Of a stretch of DNA of 64,000 bases, positions 48,050 to 59,322 are shown piece by piece. The notes beneath the pieces were generated by a model, which worked only from the letters and a program-made list of their open reading frames with translations, was not told where the DNA came from and searched no databases. Each line of letters starts with the position of its first letter. The first letter of the stretch is position 1. The DNA comes from Candidatus Latescibacterota bacterium. Lineage in GTDB: Bacteria > Latescibacterota > UBA2968. Position numbers and translations under genes: made by a program. The stretch lies in NCBI GenBank assembly GCA_965198115.1, contig OZ240241.1, positions 448,001 through 512,000 on the forward strand, read 5' to 3'.

Positions 48050-49144
48050 TTATCGCCCCGAGCTCAACGGCTCCGATATCGCCGCGATCTTTTCCTCATC
48101 CAATTCCATCCCCAAGCCAGGTCCATCGGGCAACAGCACATACCCCTTTTCATACTGAATCGGGTTCTTGACGACATCGCTCTCGTAAAGCTGACCGCCC
48201 GTGCAATCGCCGGGGTAATCGAGGTTCTCGGTGATGCAGCCGAACGTAGCCTGTGCTGCGACGCCGATGGACAGCTCCTGCGTCGTACCTACGAGGACGG
48301 AGAGTCCGGCGGATTGGGCGACCTGGGCGTACTGTATCGCGCCGGTGAAACCACCAGTGCCGCAAAGACAGAGATTGTATATGTCGACGTATTTGTTGCG
48401 TGCGAACTCGTAGGCCTGATTCAGCGAGTGAACGTGCTCGCTGACGGGAAAGTCGATTCTCTTCCTCACTTCTATCTGTCCGTCGAGGTCTCTGCGATCG
48501 GATACGGATTCACACAGGATCGGCGCGTAGTATTGGGAGAGGATGCCGATGGCTTTGACGACGTGCTTCCACTTGTGGACGCCGCTGAAGTCGAGTGACT
48601 TGAGCTCGAACTTGTCGCTGTGGTTGGATTTGACGCCGTCGAGAAAGATCTCATCCGCTTCTATGACGCCTCCGTGGTACAACCGGAATAGGTCTTGCCC
48701 TTCACCTATCCGCCGGTCGACGCGCTTGATGTTCGCTTCAGCGTCTTCGCGTGAGTAGTTGCGGAAGATGGGATAGCAGACACGCATTTTTTCCTCTAGC
48801 GCACCTCCGAATACGCCCGCAACGGATCGACCCTGGATCTTGCCGATCAGGTCGAACAGGGCGATCTCAAAACCCGCCTGAATCGCCCCACCCATTCGTA
48901 GACGGCCCTGTGCCGCCGTGGTGATGATATGCCAGTCGAGAGGATCCTGACCGACCAGCAGCGCTTCGTAGGCGGCCTTCACATCCGTCAGGTCATACAT
49001 GAGCCCCCAATCGCCCACGTCGGACATCTCACCCAGGCCGACCAGTCCTTCGTCGGTGTTGAATTGAACGACGACGTGACGGGAGACGGATCCCGTTTCA
49101 CGCCGGGTTGCGACAGGTGTCAGGTCAACGCTGGTGATCTTCAT
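48050..49144 (-). CDS. Enolase-superfamily protein resembling galactarate dehydratase II (RxY type)
   Basis: GEMSD, VCYPIFR, FRLY, DFS, VSEHV and GTTQELS motifs. Confidence 0.88.
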   Translation of the reverse strand: MKITSVDLTPVATRRETGSVSRHVVVQFNTDEGLVGLGEMSDVGDWGLMYDLTDVKAAYEALLVGQDPLDWHIITTAAQGRLRMGGAIQAGFEIALFDLIGKIQGRSVAGVFGGALEEKMRVCYPIFRNYSREDAEANIKRVDRRIGEGQDLFRLYHGGVIEADEIFLDGVKSNHSDKFELKSLDFSGVHKWKHVVKAIGILSQYYAPILCESVSDRRDLDGQIEVRKRIDFPVSEHVHSLNQAYEFARNKYVDIYNLCLCGTGGFTGAIQYAQVAQSAGLSVLVGTTQELSIGVAAQATFGCITENLDYPGDCTGGQLYESDVVKNPIQYEKGYVLLPDGPGLGMELDEEKIAAISEPLSSGR

Positions 49145-49237
49145 GGAAATGCTCCTTGAAAGACGGGTGGTGGTTCTGGACTTCAGGCATCAGGCGGCTG
49201 ATACTGGCCGGCACCCGCACTGTAAACGTACTGCCCT

Positions 49238-49900
49238 TCACATCTCATCAGCGGGGTGACGGATACGGCGATCGGGGAAGGGCTCGTAAGGGTAGCGGGC
49301 GAGTGCGTCTTCATCGAGTTCGATGCCCAGCCCAGGTTGGTCCGGGAGGGCGATGTGGCTGTCGACGACCTCGAACGGCGTCGTGGCGATATCGCGGCCT
49401 AGGGGCTCGAGGTTCAAAAAGTACTCGCGGATGATGAAGTTGGGCATGGTGGCCACGGTATGCATGGTTGCGGCGAGTCCCACGGTCGTGCTGTTGTAGT
49501 TGTGGGGTGCGACACCGACGTGATAGGCCTCTGCCATCGCGCCGATCTCTTCGAGCTCAAGGATGCCGCCGCAAGCGCCAATGTCTGGATTGATGATGTC
49601 GGCTACCTGCTTTTCAAAGGCCAGTACGAACTCCTGCTCGAGGTAAAGCTCTTCACCGGAGACGACTGGGATATTGATCTGGCTACGCGCTTCGGCCAGT
49701 CCATTCAGATCACGCGAGGAAACGGGCTCCTCATACCAGAACGGTCGATACGCTTCGATTCGGCGGGCGACGCGGACGGCGTGCATAGGTGCAAGGCGGC
49801 AATGCACTTCGACGAGAATCTCGACGTCGGGCCCCACCGCTGCGCGGACAGCCTTAACGCGTTCGACGGCAATGTCTTCTTGCGCGCGGTCGATGTAGGC
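49238..49900 (-). pseudogene. Galactonate-dehydratase-like enolase, 5'-truncated
   Basis: VEVHCR, WYEEP, SGEEL, NPDIG.CGGI and APHN motifs; N-terminal capping domain absent. Confidence 0.75.
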
Positions 49901-50319
49901 GCGGTCCGGGGGCGTCCTTGTATTGTCGGCCCTTCACATGATAAATATACTGATATTCCGATCACCTCAAAGCAGCTATCCTCTCACGAGTTCTTCCCTC
50001 AGCAGGAGACAAAATAACTTTGCCATCTTGCTCCACCTCGCTTATCCAGTCCTTATGCCAGCTGCATGAATCGCATAATTCACTGCACGACAAATAGTTA
50101 TGAAGAAATAGGGACGACTGGTAACGCAATCGGAGTGTGGTCAATAATCCCCCCAGGCATTCATCTTGATCCAAGATATGAAGATGGGAGAGGCAGAATG
50201 GCGAGATGTCCTCCATCTGGTAGTGCCTGTCAGTTATTGCCAATTCACAACGCTGGACAGCAGATGGGTCGAGTTTATCAAGCAAACGGGTCTGACCTAC
50301 CCAGAATGCCGGAAGCGTC

Positions 50320-50804
50320 GCTATAAAATCGGTTCGACATCCGGCTACCTACCCGGTATGCTGGCCATCAACCAGGCAGATGCCGAGAAGCAGGGATACG
50401 TCCCTGACGCAACTTTCGGGGCCGGCGACGTCCCCCGCGGTCGTCCCTACCCGCACATGGTCCTACGAAACATCCTCGAACTCGACGTCTCACCCGTGCA
50501 ATCGGTCGTGAAGGTCGACGATACTTTGACCGGAATCGAAGAAGGTCTCAACGCAGGTTGCTGGGCGGTCGGGCTCGCCATTTCCGGCAACGAGGTGGGC
50601 GTCCAGCTCGACGAGTGGGAGGCCTTTCCCGACGACATCAGACAGAAACACCGCGACCGCATTTATCCCACGATGTATCAACGAGGTGCGCATTATGTCG
50701 TGGACAGCATCGCGGATCTGGTCCCGTGTCTCGAACGACATCGAAAACCGCATGAAGCGTGGCGAGAGACCCTGAGAGCGAACACCCAGAGGAGAGCCTT
50801 ATGA
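50320..50804 (+). pseudogene. phnX: Phosphonoacetaldehyde hydrolase C-terminal fragment
   Basis: KIGSTSGY, GRPYPHM, VKVDDT..GIEEGLNAGCW..GNEVG and GAHYVVDSIADL motifs; N-terminus missing. Confidence 0.8.
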
Positions 50805-51524
50805 ATCGATCGTTAATGGTGTGTGTCGGATTGGCCATATCGTGTGGTGCTAAGTGCCACCGACTGGGCTTACTCGGGCGAGAAGGGTCCAGAGAACTGG
50901 GCGAATCTGCACGAAGATTTCGGGGCCTGCAATGGCAGGAACCAGTCACCGATCGACCTCAGCGGGTTTATCGAATCCGATCTGCCACCCATTGCCTTCG
51001 ACTACAGGCCGGGTGGTCACGAAACCCTCAACAATGGTCACACAGTGCAGGTGAACTATTCGGAAGGCAGTCACATCATCGTGGACGGGGTTCGCTTCGA
51101 TCTCAAGCAATTTCACTTCCACGCTCCAAGCGAGAACCTCATCGATGGTCGGTCTTTCCCCTTGGAAGCGCACCTGGTTCACGCAGATCAGTCAGGTAAT
51201 CTCGCCGTCGTGGCCGTCATGTTCGTCGAAGGCGAGGCAAACACTACGCTCGCGACAGCATGGTCTCGAATGCCTGAACACGCGGGCGACACCCACGAAT
51301 TGACCCCACCCATCGCGGCCGAAGGCATCCTGCCGTCCAATCGAGACTACTATCGATTCAACGGCTCGCTGACCACTCCGCCGTGTTCGGAAGGGGTCCG
51401 TTGGCTTGTCATGAAAAGTAGCATCTCCACTTCCAGGGATCAGATCGAGGTGTTCTCCCACGCCATCCACCATCCGAATAATCGACCGGTACAACGGGTC
51501 AACGCACGTCCCATCCTGAAATAG
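50801..51524 (+). CDS. Alpha-class carbonic anhydrase; apparent frameshift in the signal peptide (~50852)
   Basis: NQSPID, NNGHT, QFHFH.PSE, EAHLVH and GSLTTPPCSEGV motifs. Confidence 0.9.
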
Positions 51525-51535
51525 GAGTCTCTCTT

Positions 51536-51979
51536 TTGGAAGAGACCAGAGATGCGCCCTGGGGATCCGTAGAGACTCGATTCGACCCGATCCATTCAGC
51601 CGCGCGGGAACGCAATGTCAAGCGCGTCCGGGCGCTCCTCGAAGAAGGCATTGACGTCAACAGCCTGAACGGCGAGGCACCCAACGGCGACGGTGGCAAT
51701 ACACCCCTCTGGTTCGCTGCGCAGGGACCGTGGCCGGACGGTCTTGCCGCCGTTCGTGTGCTCGTCGAAGCTGGCGCCGAAGTCAATAGGCAATGCGAGC
51801 ACGGACGGACAGCGCTTCACATGGCATCCGCCTGGGGCCATCTTGACGTGGTCGAATACCTCCTCGACCAGGGAGCCGACCCAACAATCCGGGCAGAAGT
51901 CGACGGGACGCCCGAGGATATGGCACGCGCACGGAATCGACGGGAGATCTGCAATTTTTTCAACCGTTTGAAGACCTGA
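51536..51979 (+). CDS. Ankyrin-repeat protein
   Basis: GNTPLWFAA and GRTALHMASAWGHLDVVEYLL repeats. Confidence 0.85.
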   Translation: MEETRDAPWGSVETRFDPIHSAARERNVKRVRALLEEGIDVNSLNGEAPNGDGGNTPLWFAAQGPWPDGLAAVRVLVEAGAEVNRQCEHGRTALHMASAWGHLDVVEYLLDQGADPTIRAEVDGTPEDMARARNRREICNFFNRLKT

Positions 51980-52093
51980 GGACGGCCTGGAAGAGGCGGA
52001 AGGCAACGCCCTTCGTCTGTCCCTTGAGCACCTGGTTAATAGCTGTCACTTACTGAGGGCGAAATGGCACTGCACAAGGGACTGCAAAAAGAA

Positions 52094-53513
52094 GGCTCTA
52101 TCCGGGTTTCTCAACGGTGAAACTATAGAATGACAAGGTCATAGATCGTTCCCTACGCTTGGTTGTGTGTGTAGGACAATCAAAGCGAAGGGGGTGCGAC
52201 CTATGACCGGGAGCAGATTACTATCGAAACTGCTGAGATTCAAGGGGTTCCGTGTTGTCAGCTGGTGGTTTGAGGGGAGAAGCTGTTTCGTCATCGCCGT
52301 AAAGCCACATAAGAATGGTTGTTGTTGTCCGGAGTGCGGCCGTCGAGGTAAAATCGTCCGCACAATGCCCCATCCGCGTCGGTGGCGTGACATTCCGGTG
52401 TGCGGGTGGAGGGTCTGGCTTCTCTACCATCCTCGGGAGATTCGGTGTCCTACCCACGGTCGTGTGGTCGAGGAGATTCCGTGGGCGGAGCGGTTCTCTC
52501 GGGTGACGTATCGCTTCGAGTATGCCATGCTGCGCTACTGCCAGACCATGACGCAGAAGGCGGCGTCCGAGTTACTGCGCATCTCTGCCTCGACGCTGTC
52601 GGATCTCCTTCACCGATCCATCACGCGGCTTCGTGAAGGTCATCGTATCCGAGGGCTCAAAACCATCGGGATCGACGAGATCTCCTACGCCAAGCGTCAC
52701 AGGTACGCCACGCTCGTTTACGATCTGGACCGCTCCTGCGTGGTGTGGGTTGGCCGCGGCAGGGCGCGTAAAACGATCGATCGGTTCTTCACAGAGGCTC
52801 TCAGTCCCTACCGGAGATCCAAGATCGAGTGGGCCTGCTGCGACATGAGCGAAGCTTACATCGGAGCCATCCAGGAACACTGTCCGAATGCCAAGCTGGT
52901 CCTCGATCGCTTTCACATCGTCAAGGCTCTCAATGCCGCCGTTGACGAGGTCCGTAAGGACCAGTGGCGTAAAGCTGCCCCGGATGAGCGCAAAGCCATG
53001 AAGGGCCTCCGATGGCTCCTCTACCGGCACTCAGCGACACGCTCCAGAGGGGATACTCGGACACTCAAAGCACTGGAGAAGGCGAACTACCGAATCTATA
53101 GAGCCTGGAGACTCAAGGACGAGTTCGAGCAGTTCTGGGAATACAAAGCGCCCTGGGCTGCCGAACGCTTCCTGAAATGCTGGACGACGTCCGCACTCAG
53201 AAGTCGACTTGAACCCCTGCGAAAGTTCGTCAGGACCCTGCGACAGCACTTCTTCGGCGTCCTCGCATTCGTGAACACGCGTCTTACCAACGCCATCGCC
53301 GAAGGCCTCAACCGAATCGTCCAAATCGTCAAGAACCGAGCCAGCGGATTCCGCACACTCGACGCATTCAACGATATGATCTTCCTTACCGTCGGAGACA
53401 TAAACATCCCTGAGCAGATTCCGAAGAGGTTCCGCACACGCTAACCGCGCCCCCATGCCAGGAACCACGGCACCTTCACCCACTTCATCTCGTTGAGAGA
53501 TCCGGATATAGCC
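52094..53513 (+). mobile_element. ISL3-family IS, copy 6 (transposase 52167..53444)
   Basis: Same IRs. A-rich flanks AAAAAGAA / AAAAAAAG are not identical. Confidence 0.96.
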
Positions 53514-53667
53514 AAAAAAAGGTAGTCCCTTGTACAAGTGTATGGAATGTCCTAAGTTAGGACTGAACGAAGCAACCATGACACTTGGAGGAACTACCGT
53601 GGAAGAATGTAAGCAATACGGGCTCTTATTTACAAGCGTTAGCGGCAAGAAGGTTCGACGAAGTCTG

Positions 53668-55047
53668 TGTAAAGCCCGCGGTTGTCTGGACACTCGGGTG
53701 AGTGTATTCAGGCGGCCTTTCGAGTTGCCGTGAGTGCGTTTCTAGCCTGTTCGGGCGTCTTGTAGCCGTGACGTTCGATGATCCACCTGTGGTTGTATCT
53801 GTCCCGAAACTCAAGGAGTGCGAGGCGCAGGTCTTCGATGGTACTGAAGTGTCTAACCCACAGGAGGTTTTCTTTGAGGGTACGGATGAACCGCTCGGCG
53901 CATCCGTTGCCTTCTGGCTCACGCACGAAACTCGGCGATGTTTGGACGCCGAGGAATGCGATCTCGTTCTGGAAGTCGTCAGAGACGTATTGTGACCCGT
54001 GATCGTGTCGGAGCTCCAGTCCTTCGGCGATGTTTTCTTCGAAGCCCCCGAAGTGTTCACGGATGCCCTGTCGGATCGGCTCGAGAGCCTCAAAGCGGTT
54101 GGCCGTCTTGGAGGCGTGAATGCCCACACACTCGCACGTGCAGTGGTCGATCGCGATAAACACGGAGGCTCTGCCCTCGTCGACCGTGGGCGTCACAGTC
54201 AGGTCGGTGCCCCACATCTGATCGGGCTTCTCGGTCGTAATCGTGCCATCGTGGGCTCGTCGTTCGCGACGCCGTCCTGGACGCGCCTGGAGCCCGTTTT
54301 CACGCATCAACCGGCGGACCCGATCCTTTGACGTCCGCATACCGTGAAAGCGAAGCCTGGCCCAGATCTTGCGGTATCCTTCGCCGTGGAAGGGTGACGC
54401 GTCGATCTCCTGCTGAATGAGGGAGACCAATTCCTCATCGGTACCCGCTCCGACCGGGCCTCGCTTCCGGGGTTGCCGAAGATCGGTTACGGATGAACGA
54501 CGAAGCTGGCTGTGCACCGTGGAACGGGGTATCTGCAACACTTTGCACACGCGTTTAATGCTGTAGCGTCTCCCCGTGGAGGGCGAAAGGACCTCACTCA
54601 TTTCCGCGACCTCCGATGCGCCAAAGGGCGGCGGGCTTCCAGACGATCGATTCTTTGTTGCAGCAGCTCGTTGTCCATCGTGAGCTCGCCAATCTTCGCC
54701 TGGAGGTCCTTGACCCTCTCGTCACGCTCGTCGCTCGGACGAGAGCGTAGTGCGGCCTGGGCGCCAGAGTGGAACTGATCGCGCCACTCGCTCAATTTAG
54801 CTGCCGTTACTCCCAGATCGCGAGAGACGCTGTCGAGGCTCTCGCCACGCATCACACGTAATACGGCTTCGGCCTTCTCCTTCACGGAGAAACGACCCTG
54901 CGAAGTCGCGCTTGGATCGGCTGGGCCTCCGCTCGCTCTCGCTCGCTCCGCCCCAACCGATCCCCTGGTAGCCTTGTTCATGGTGGACCCTCCTTTTCGA
55001 CCTACTGTAGGTCAACGGAGTGTCCAAGAAAACCCCGGGGCGCTGGA
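53668..55047 (-). mobile_element. IS3-family IS (orfA 54598..54981, orfB 53708..54601)
   Basis: Imperfect IRs sharing TGGACACTC; rve motifs WGTD, RHDHGSQY and NGCAERF; no TSD. Confidence 0.9.
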
Positions 55048-56934
55048 GAAGAACATGGGACGGCCCGCCTACGGCACTTCGACGCATCTGCTAATCACGG
55101 CGGACGCAGGCGGCAGCAACGGCGCCAAGACGCGGCTGTGGAAGTGGGAGCTGCAGCGCTTTGCGAATCGCACTGGCCTGACGATCACCGTATGCCACTA
55201 CCCTCCTGGCACTAGTAAGTGGAACAAGATCGAACATCGCCTGTTCTCCTTCATCGCTATGAACTGGCGAGGCAAGCCCCTGGTCAGCCTGGCTGCAACC
55301 GTGAATCTCATTGCCGGAACGACCACTCAAGCCGGTCTCCGAGTACGCTCCGAGATCGACAAGCGACCCTACCCTAACGGGGTCAAGGTGACCGATGAAC
55401 AGATGACCCAAATCGATCTCACTCCGCACGATTTCCACGGCGACTGGAACTACACGATCCGGCCAATGGCTCAACATTGAGATCGACCGTTTATTTATGG
55501 CTCTATCCGGGTTTCTCAACGGTGAAACTATAGAATGACAAGGTCATAGATCGTTCCCTACGCTTGGTTGTGTGTGTAGGACAATCAAAGCGAAGGGGGT
55601 GCGACCTATGACCGGGAGCAGATTACTATCGAAACTGCTGAGATTCAAGGGGTTCCGTGTTGTCAGCTGGTGGTTTGAGGGGAGAAGCTGCTTCGTCATC
55701 GCCGTAAAGCCCCATAAGAATGGTTGTTGTTGTCCGGAGTGCGGCCGTCGAGGTAAAATCGTCCGCACAATGCCCCATCCGCGTCGGTGGCGTGACATTC
55801 CGGTGTGCGGGTGGAGGGTCTGGCTTCTCTACCATCCTCGGGAGATTCGGTGTCCTACCCACGGTCGTGTGGTCGAGGAGATTCCGTGGGCGGAGCGGTT
55901 CTCTCGGGTGACGTATCGCTTCGAGTATGCCATGCTGCGCTACTGCCAGACCATGACGCAGAAGGCGGCGTCCGAGTTGCTGCGCATCTCTGCCTCGACG
56001 CTGTCGGATCTCCTTCACCGATCCATCACGCGGCTTCGTGAAGGTCATCGTATCCGAGGGCTCAAAACCATCGGGATCGACGAGATCTCCTACGCCAAGC
56101 GTCACAGGTACGCCACGCTCGTTTACGATCTGGACCGCTCCTGCGTGGTGTGGGTTGGCCGCGGCAGGGCGCGTAAAACGATCGATCGGTTTTTCACAGA
56201 GGCTCTCAGTCCCTACCAGAGATCCAAGATCGAGTGGGCCTGCTGCGACATGAGCGAAGCTTACATCGGAGCCATCCAGGAACACTGTCCGAATGCCAAG
56301 CTGGTCCTCGATCGCTTTCACATCGTCAAGGCTCTCAATGCCGCCGTTGACGAGGTCCGTAAGGACCAGTGGCGTAAAGCTGCCCCGGATGAGCGCAAAG
56401 CCATAAGGGCCTCCGATGGCTCCTCTACCGGCACTCAGCGACACGCTCCAGAGGGGATACTCGGACACTCAAAGCACTGGAGAAGGCGAACTACCGAATC
56501 TATAGAGCCTGGAGACTCAAGGACGAGTTCGAGCAGTTCTGGGAATACAAAGCGCCCTGGGCTGCCGAACGCTTCCTGAAATGCTGGACGACGTCCGCAC
56601 TCAGAAGTCGACGTGAACCCCTGCGAAAGTTCGTCAGGACCCTGCGACAGCACTTCTTCGGCGTCCTCGCATTCGTGAACACGCGTCTTACCAACGCCAT
56701 CGCCGAAGGCCTCAACCGAATCGTCCAAATCGTCAAGAACCGAGCCAGCGGATTCCGCACACTCGACGCATTCAACGATATGATCTTCCTTACCGTCGGA
56801 GACATAAACATCCCTGAGCAGATTCCGAAGAGGTTCCGCACACGCTAACCGCGCCCCCATGCCAGGAACCACGGCACCTTCACCCACTTCATCTCGTTGA
56901 GAGATCCGGATATAGCCTTATTTATTCCGAACCC
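55048..56934 (+). mobile_element. ISAzo13 copy 2: 3' third only, with ISL3 in its terminal repeat
   Basis: Near-identical to the reverse complement of 22086..22535; end TTATTTATTCCGAACCC. Confidence 0.9.
55499..56917 (+). mobile_element. ISL3-family IS, copy 7 (frameshift near 56404)
   Basis: TSD TTATTTAT (55491-55498, 56918-56925). Confidence 0.96.
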
Positions 56935-56937
56935 TAA

Positions 56938-57272
56938 CGGGAGCTTCTGGTCCATCAGATACACGGATCCCTTCTGGCTTCCCCACCGACGATGCGCCTG
57001 CTCCGAACCTTTGCGCGCATACCGAACGCCTGCGAGCTGCTCGACCTCCTGCTGGAGGAGGTCTGCCACTGCCTCCAGACCCAACGGGGTCAACGCCTGG
57101 ATCACCGACAAACGCGTCTCCAAATCGATGACATCGCCCTCAACCTTGACTTCACCATCGCCTACAAATAGCTTCTCCATCTGGGCTCCTTTCTTACGGG
57201 TATACGCTCCTACACGTCTACCCAACGTAAGTTTGGAGCCCTCTAAGTTTCAACTACAATAGGCACAACACC
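56938..57272 (-). mobile_element. 5' fragment of a diverged IS256 type A relative
   Basis: MEKLFVGDGEVKV..QKGSVYLMDQKLP and a related IR; cut by ISAzo13. Confidence 0.85.
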
Positions 57273-57301
57273 GCTAATCGCCGGGCTTTCCTTCTCTCTT
57301 C

Positions 57302-58486
57302 TTACTTCTTCCTTCTCCCCCCCTTGCTGCTGCTCACGATGGCAAAAGTGTCCTCCGCAATTAGCCTTTCTTCATCGGTTGGGATCACGAGCACTTCGAC
57401 CGTCGCCCGATCCGCAGCGATTCGGCCTTCCTTTCCGACATATTGACGGTTCCTCTCAGCATTCAGCGCCACCCCGAGTGCATCCAATCCTTCGACGATT
57501 CTCTCTCGCATCCGCCAGGCGTGTTCGCCAATCCCGCCGGTGAATACGACTGCGTCGATCCAACCCAATACGGCCGTGTAGGCACCGATGTATTTCTTGA
57601 TGCGGTAGGCAAAGAGCTCGAGGGCCACGACTGCCCGTGGGTCCCCTCGATCTGCCGCCGCCTCGACTTCACGCAGGTCGTTCGAGAGTCCCGTGAGCCC
57701 TAGCAGTCCGCTCTCTCGATTGAGGAGACGGTCGACCTCGCTGGGTGTCATCCCCAACTTTTCCTGGATGTGGAGTACGACGCCCGCATCGATGTCACCA
57801 CTTCGCGTGCCCATCGCGACTCCTTCGAGCGGCGTTAGGCCCATCGATACATCGATCGATTCACCGTTTCGAATCGCGGCGATCGAACACCCGTTACCAA
57901 GGTGGCACGTGATGCCGGTGAAAGTGTCTTTGTCGAGCAGCCGAGCGGCACGCTGTGAAACATACCGATGGGACGTTCCGTGGAAGCCGTATCGCCGAAT
58001 CCGGTGGGTCTTGTAGAGGTCGTAGGGAATCGCGTAGAGATACGCCTTCGGTGGAAGGGTCTGGTGGAACGCGGAATCGAAAACCGCGACGTGCTGCGCA
58101 TCGGGGAAGGCACGCCTGGCACCACGGATCCCCTCGAGGTTGGGTGGATTATGAAGGGGCGCCAGTGCGGCCAGTGTCTCGATGTCTCTTTCAACGTAGT
58201 CATCGACGATGACGGCATCGGCGTACAGGTCTCCCCCGTGCACGACCCGGTGGCCGACGGCTTCGACCGCCTCGTGGCCATCGCGTTCAAGCGCGCTTTC
58301 GACCTGTAGCAGCGCGCTCGCGTGATCGGGTACTTCGGAGCGCTGCGTCACGCCGCCGATCGTGACCTGGGCATCCGGTTCCCCGATGCGATCGACGCTG
58401 CCGCGGAGGAGGACGGATGCGTCGGGCATGTCGAACAGTTGGAACTTCAGAGATGACGATCCGGAGTTGAGGACTAGGAGGAGCAT
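57302..58486 (-). CDS. ackA: Acetate kinase
   Basis: LNSGSSSLK, GHRVVHGG, APLHNP, YGFHGTSH, HLGNG and FTGGIGE motifs. Confidence 0.97.
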   Translation of the reverse strand: MLLLVLNSGSSSLKFQLFDMPDASVLLRGSVDRIGEPDAQVTIGGVTQRSEVPDHASALLQVESALERDGHEAVEAVGHRVVHGGDLYADAVIVDDYVERDIETLAALAPLHNPPNLEGIRGARRAFPDAQHVAVFDSAFHQTLPPKAYLYAIPYDLYKTHRIRRYGFHGTSHRYVSQRAARLLDKDTFTGITCHLGNGCSIAAIRNGESIDVSMGLTPLEGVAMGTRSGDIDAGVVLHIQEKLGMTPSEVDRLLNRESGLLGLTGLSNDLREVEAAADRGDPRAVVALELFAYRIKKYIGAYTAVLGWIDAVVFTGGIGEHAWRMRERIVEGLDALGVALNAERNRQYVGKEGRIAADRATVEVLVIPTDEERLIAEDTFAIVSSSKGGRRKK

Positions 58487-58560
58487 GTGGACGGTGACGA
58501 CGGCTTCGCCCCATCAGTCGGTGGGCGGTCGGCGGTGGGCGGTCGGCTCAACAAGATGTT

Positions 58561-59304
58561 TTATTTTCGATGGTTGATTCTCGATGCTGCTGCTTCATCC
58601 AACAGAAACGTACAATCCGAATGTGATTGCAAATAGCTGGCTGGACACGAAGAGTCGACAGGGGTCTCGAGCGCTCGGCAAACAGCGTCGGCTTTGTGCG
58701 AACCCGTGGCGATGAGGAGGATCCGTCGTCCTTCGAGAATGGTCGCAACGCCCGCGGTGAGGGCTTCACGAGGTACGTCATCGGGTCGATCGAAAAAGCG
58801 GCTGTTGGCTTCGATCGTTTCTTTCGCCAGTCTGATCTTTCGCATACGGGAATCAAGCGAGCTTCCCGGCTCGTTGAAGGCGATGTGCCCGTTGATGCCG
58901 ATACCCATCAGCCAGAGGTCTGCCCCGCCCGTGTTGCGGATACCCTGCTCGAATCGTTCACATTCGAAATCGAGGCTGTCGGCGCATCCGTCCGGTAGGT
59001 GGGTCTGGGTGATCGGGACGTCGATGTGATCGAAAAAGCGATGGTCCATGTAGAACCGGTAGCTTTGTTTGTGGCTCCCGCAGAGTCCCACGTATTCGTC
59101 GAGGTTGAACGTCGTGACGTTGGCGAAGGAGAGACCCTCCTCGCGATGCATCTGGACGAGCCGTTGGTATGTCTCAATGGGGCTCGATCCCGTTGAGAGG
59201 CCGAGCACGCAGTCGGGTTTCTCCCGGACGAGACTGGCTACGATTCCAGCGGTTGCGTCGGCGACATCGGAAGGCGATCGGCATATCTGAACGGTAATAG
59301 GCAT
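58561..59304 (-). CDS. nagB: Glucosamine-6-phosphate deaminase
   Basis: LGLSTGSSP, TFNLDEYVG and GINGHIAFNEPG motifs. Confidence 0.95.
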   Translation of the reverse strand: MPITVQICRSPSDVADATAGIVASLVREKPDCVLGLSTGSSPIETYQRLVQMHREEGLSFANVTTFNLDEYVGLCGSHKQSYRFYMDHRFFDHIDVPITQTHLPDGCADSLDFECERFEQGIRNTGGADLWLMGIGINGHIAFNEPGSSLDSRMRKIRLAKETIEANSRFFDRPDDVPREALTAGVATILEGRRILLIATGSHKADAVCRALETPVDSSCPASYLQSHSDCTFLLDEAAASRINHRK

Positions 59305-59322
59305 CGAGCGTCGGTTGATGAT

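Noticed and set aside
50166-50804. Novel 212-aa PhnX fusion protein
   Set aside because: A chance in-frame join of a decayed AT-richer gene piece and a phnX 3' fragment that lacks the catalytic N-terminus.
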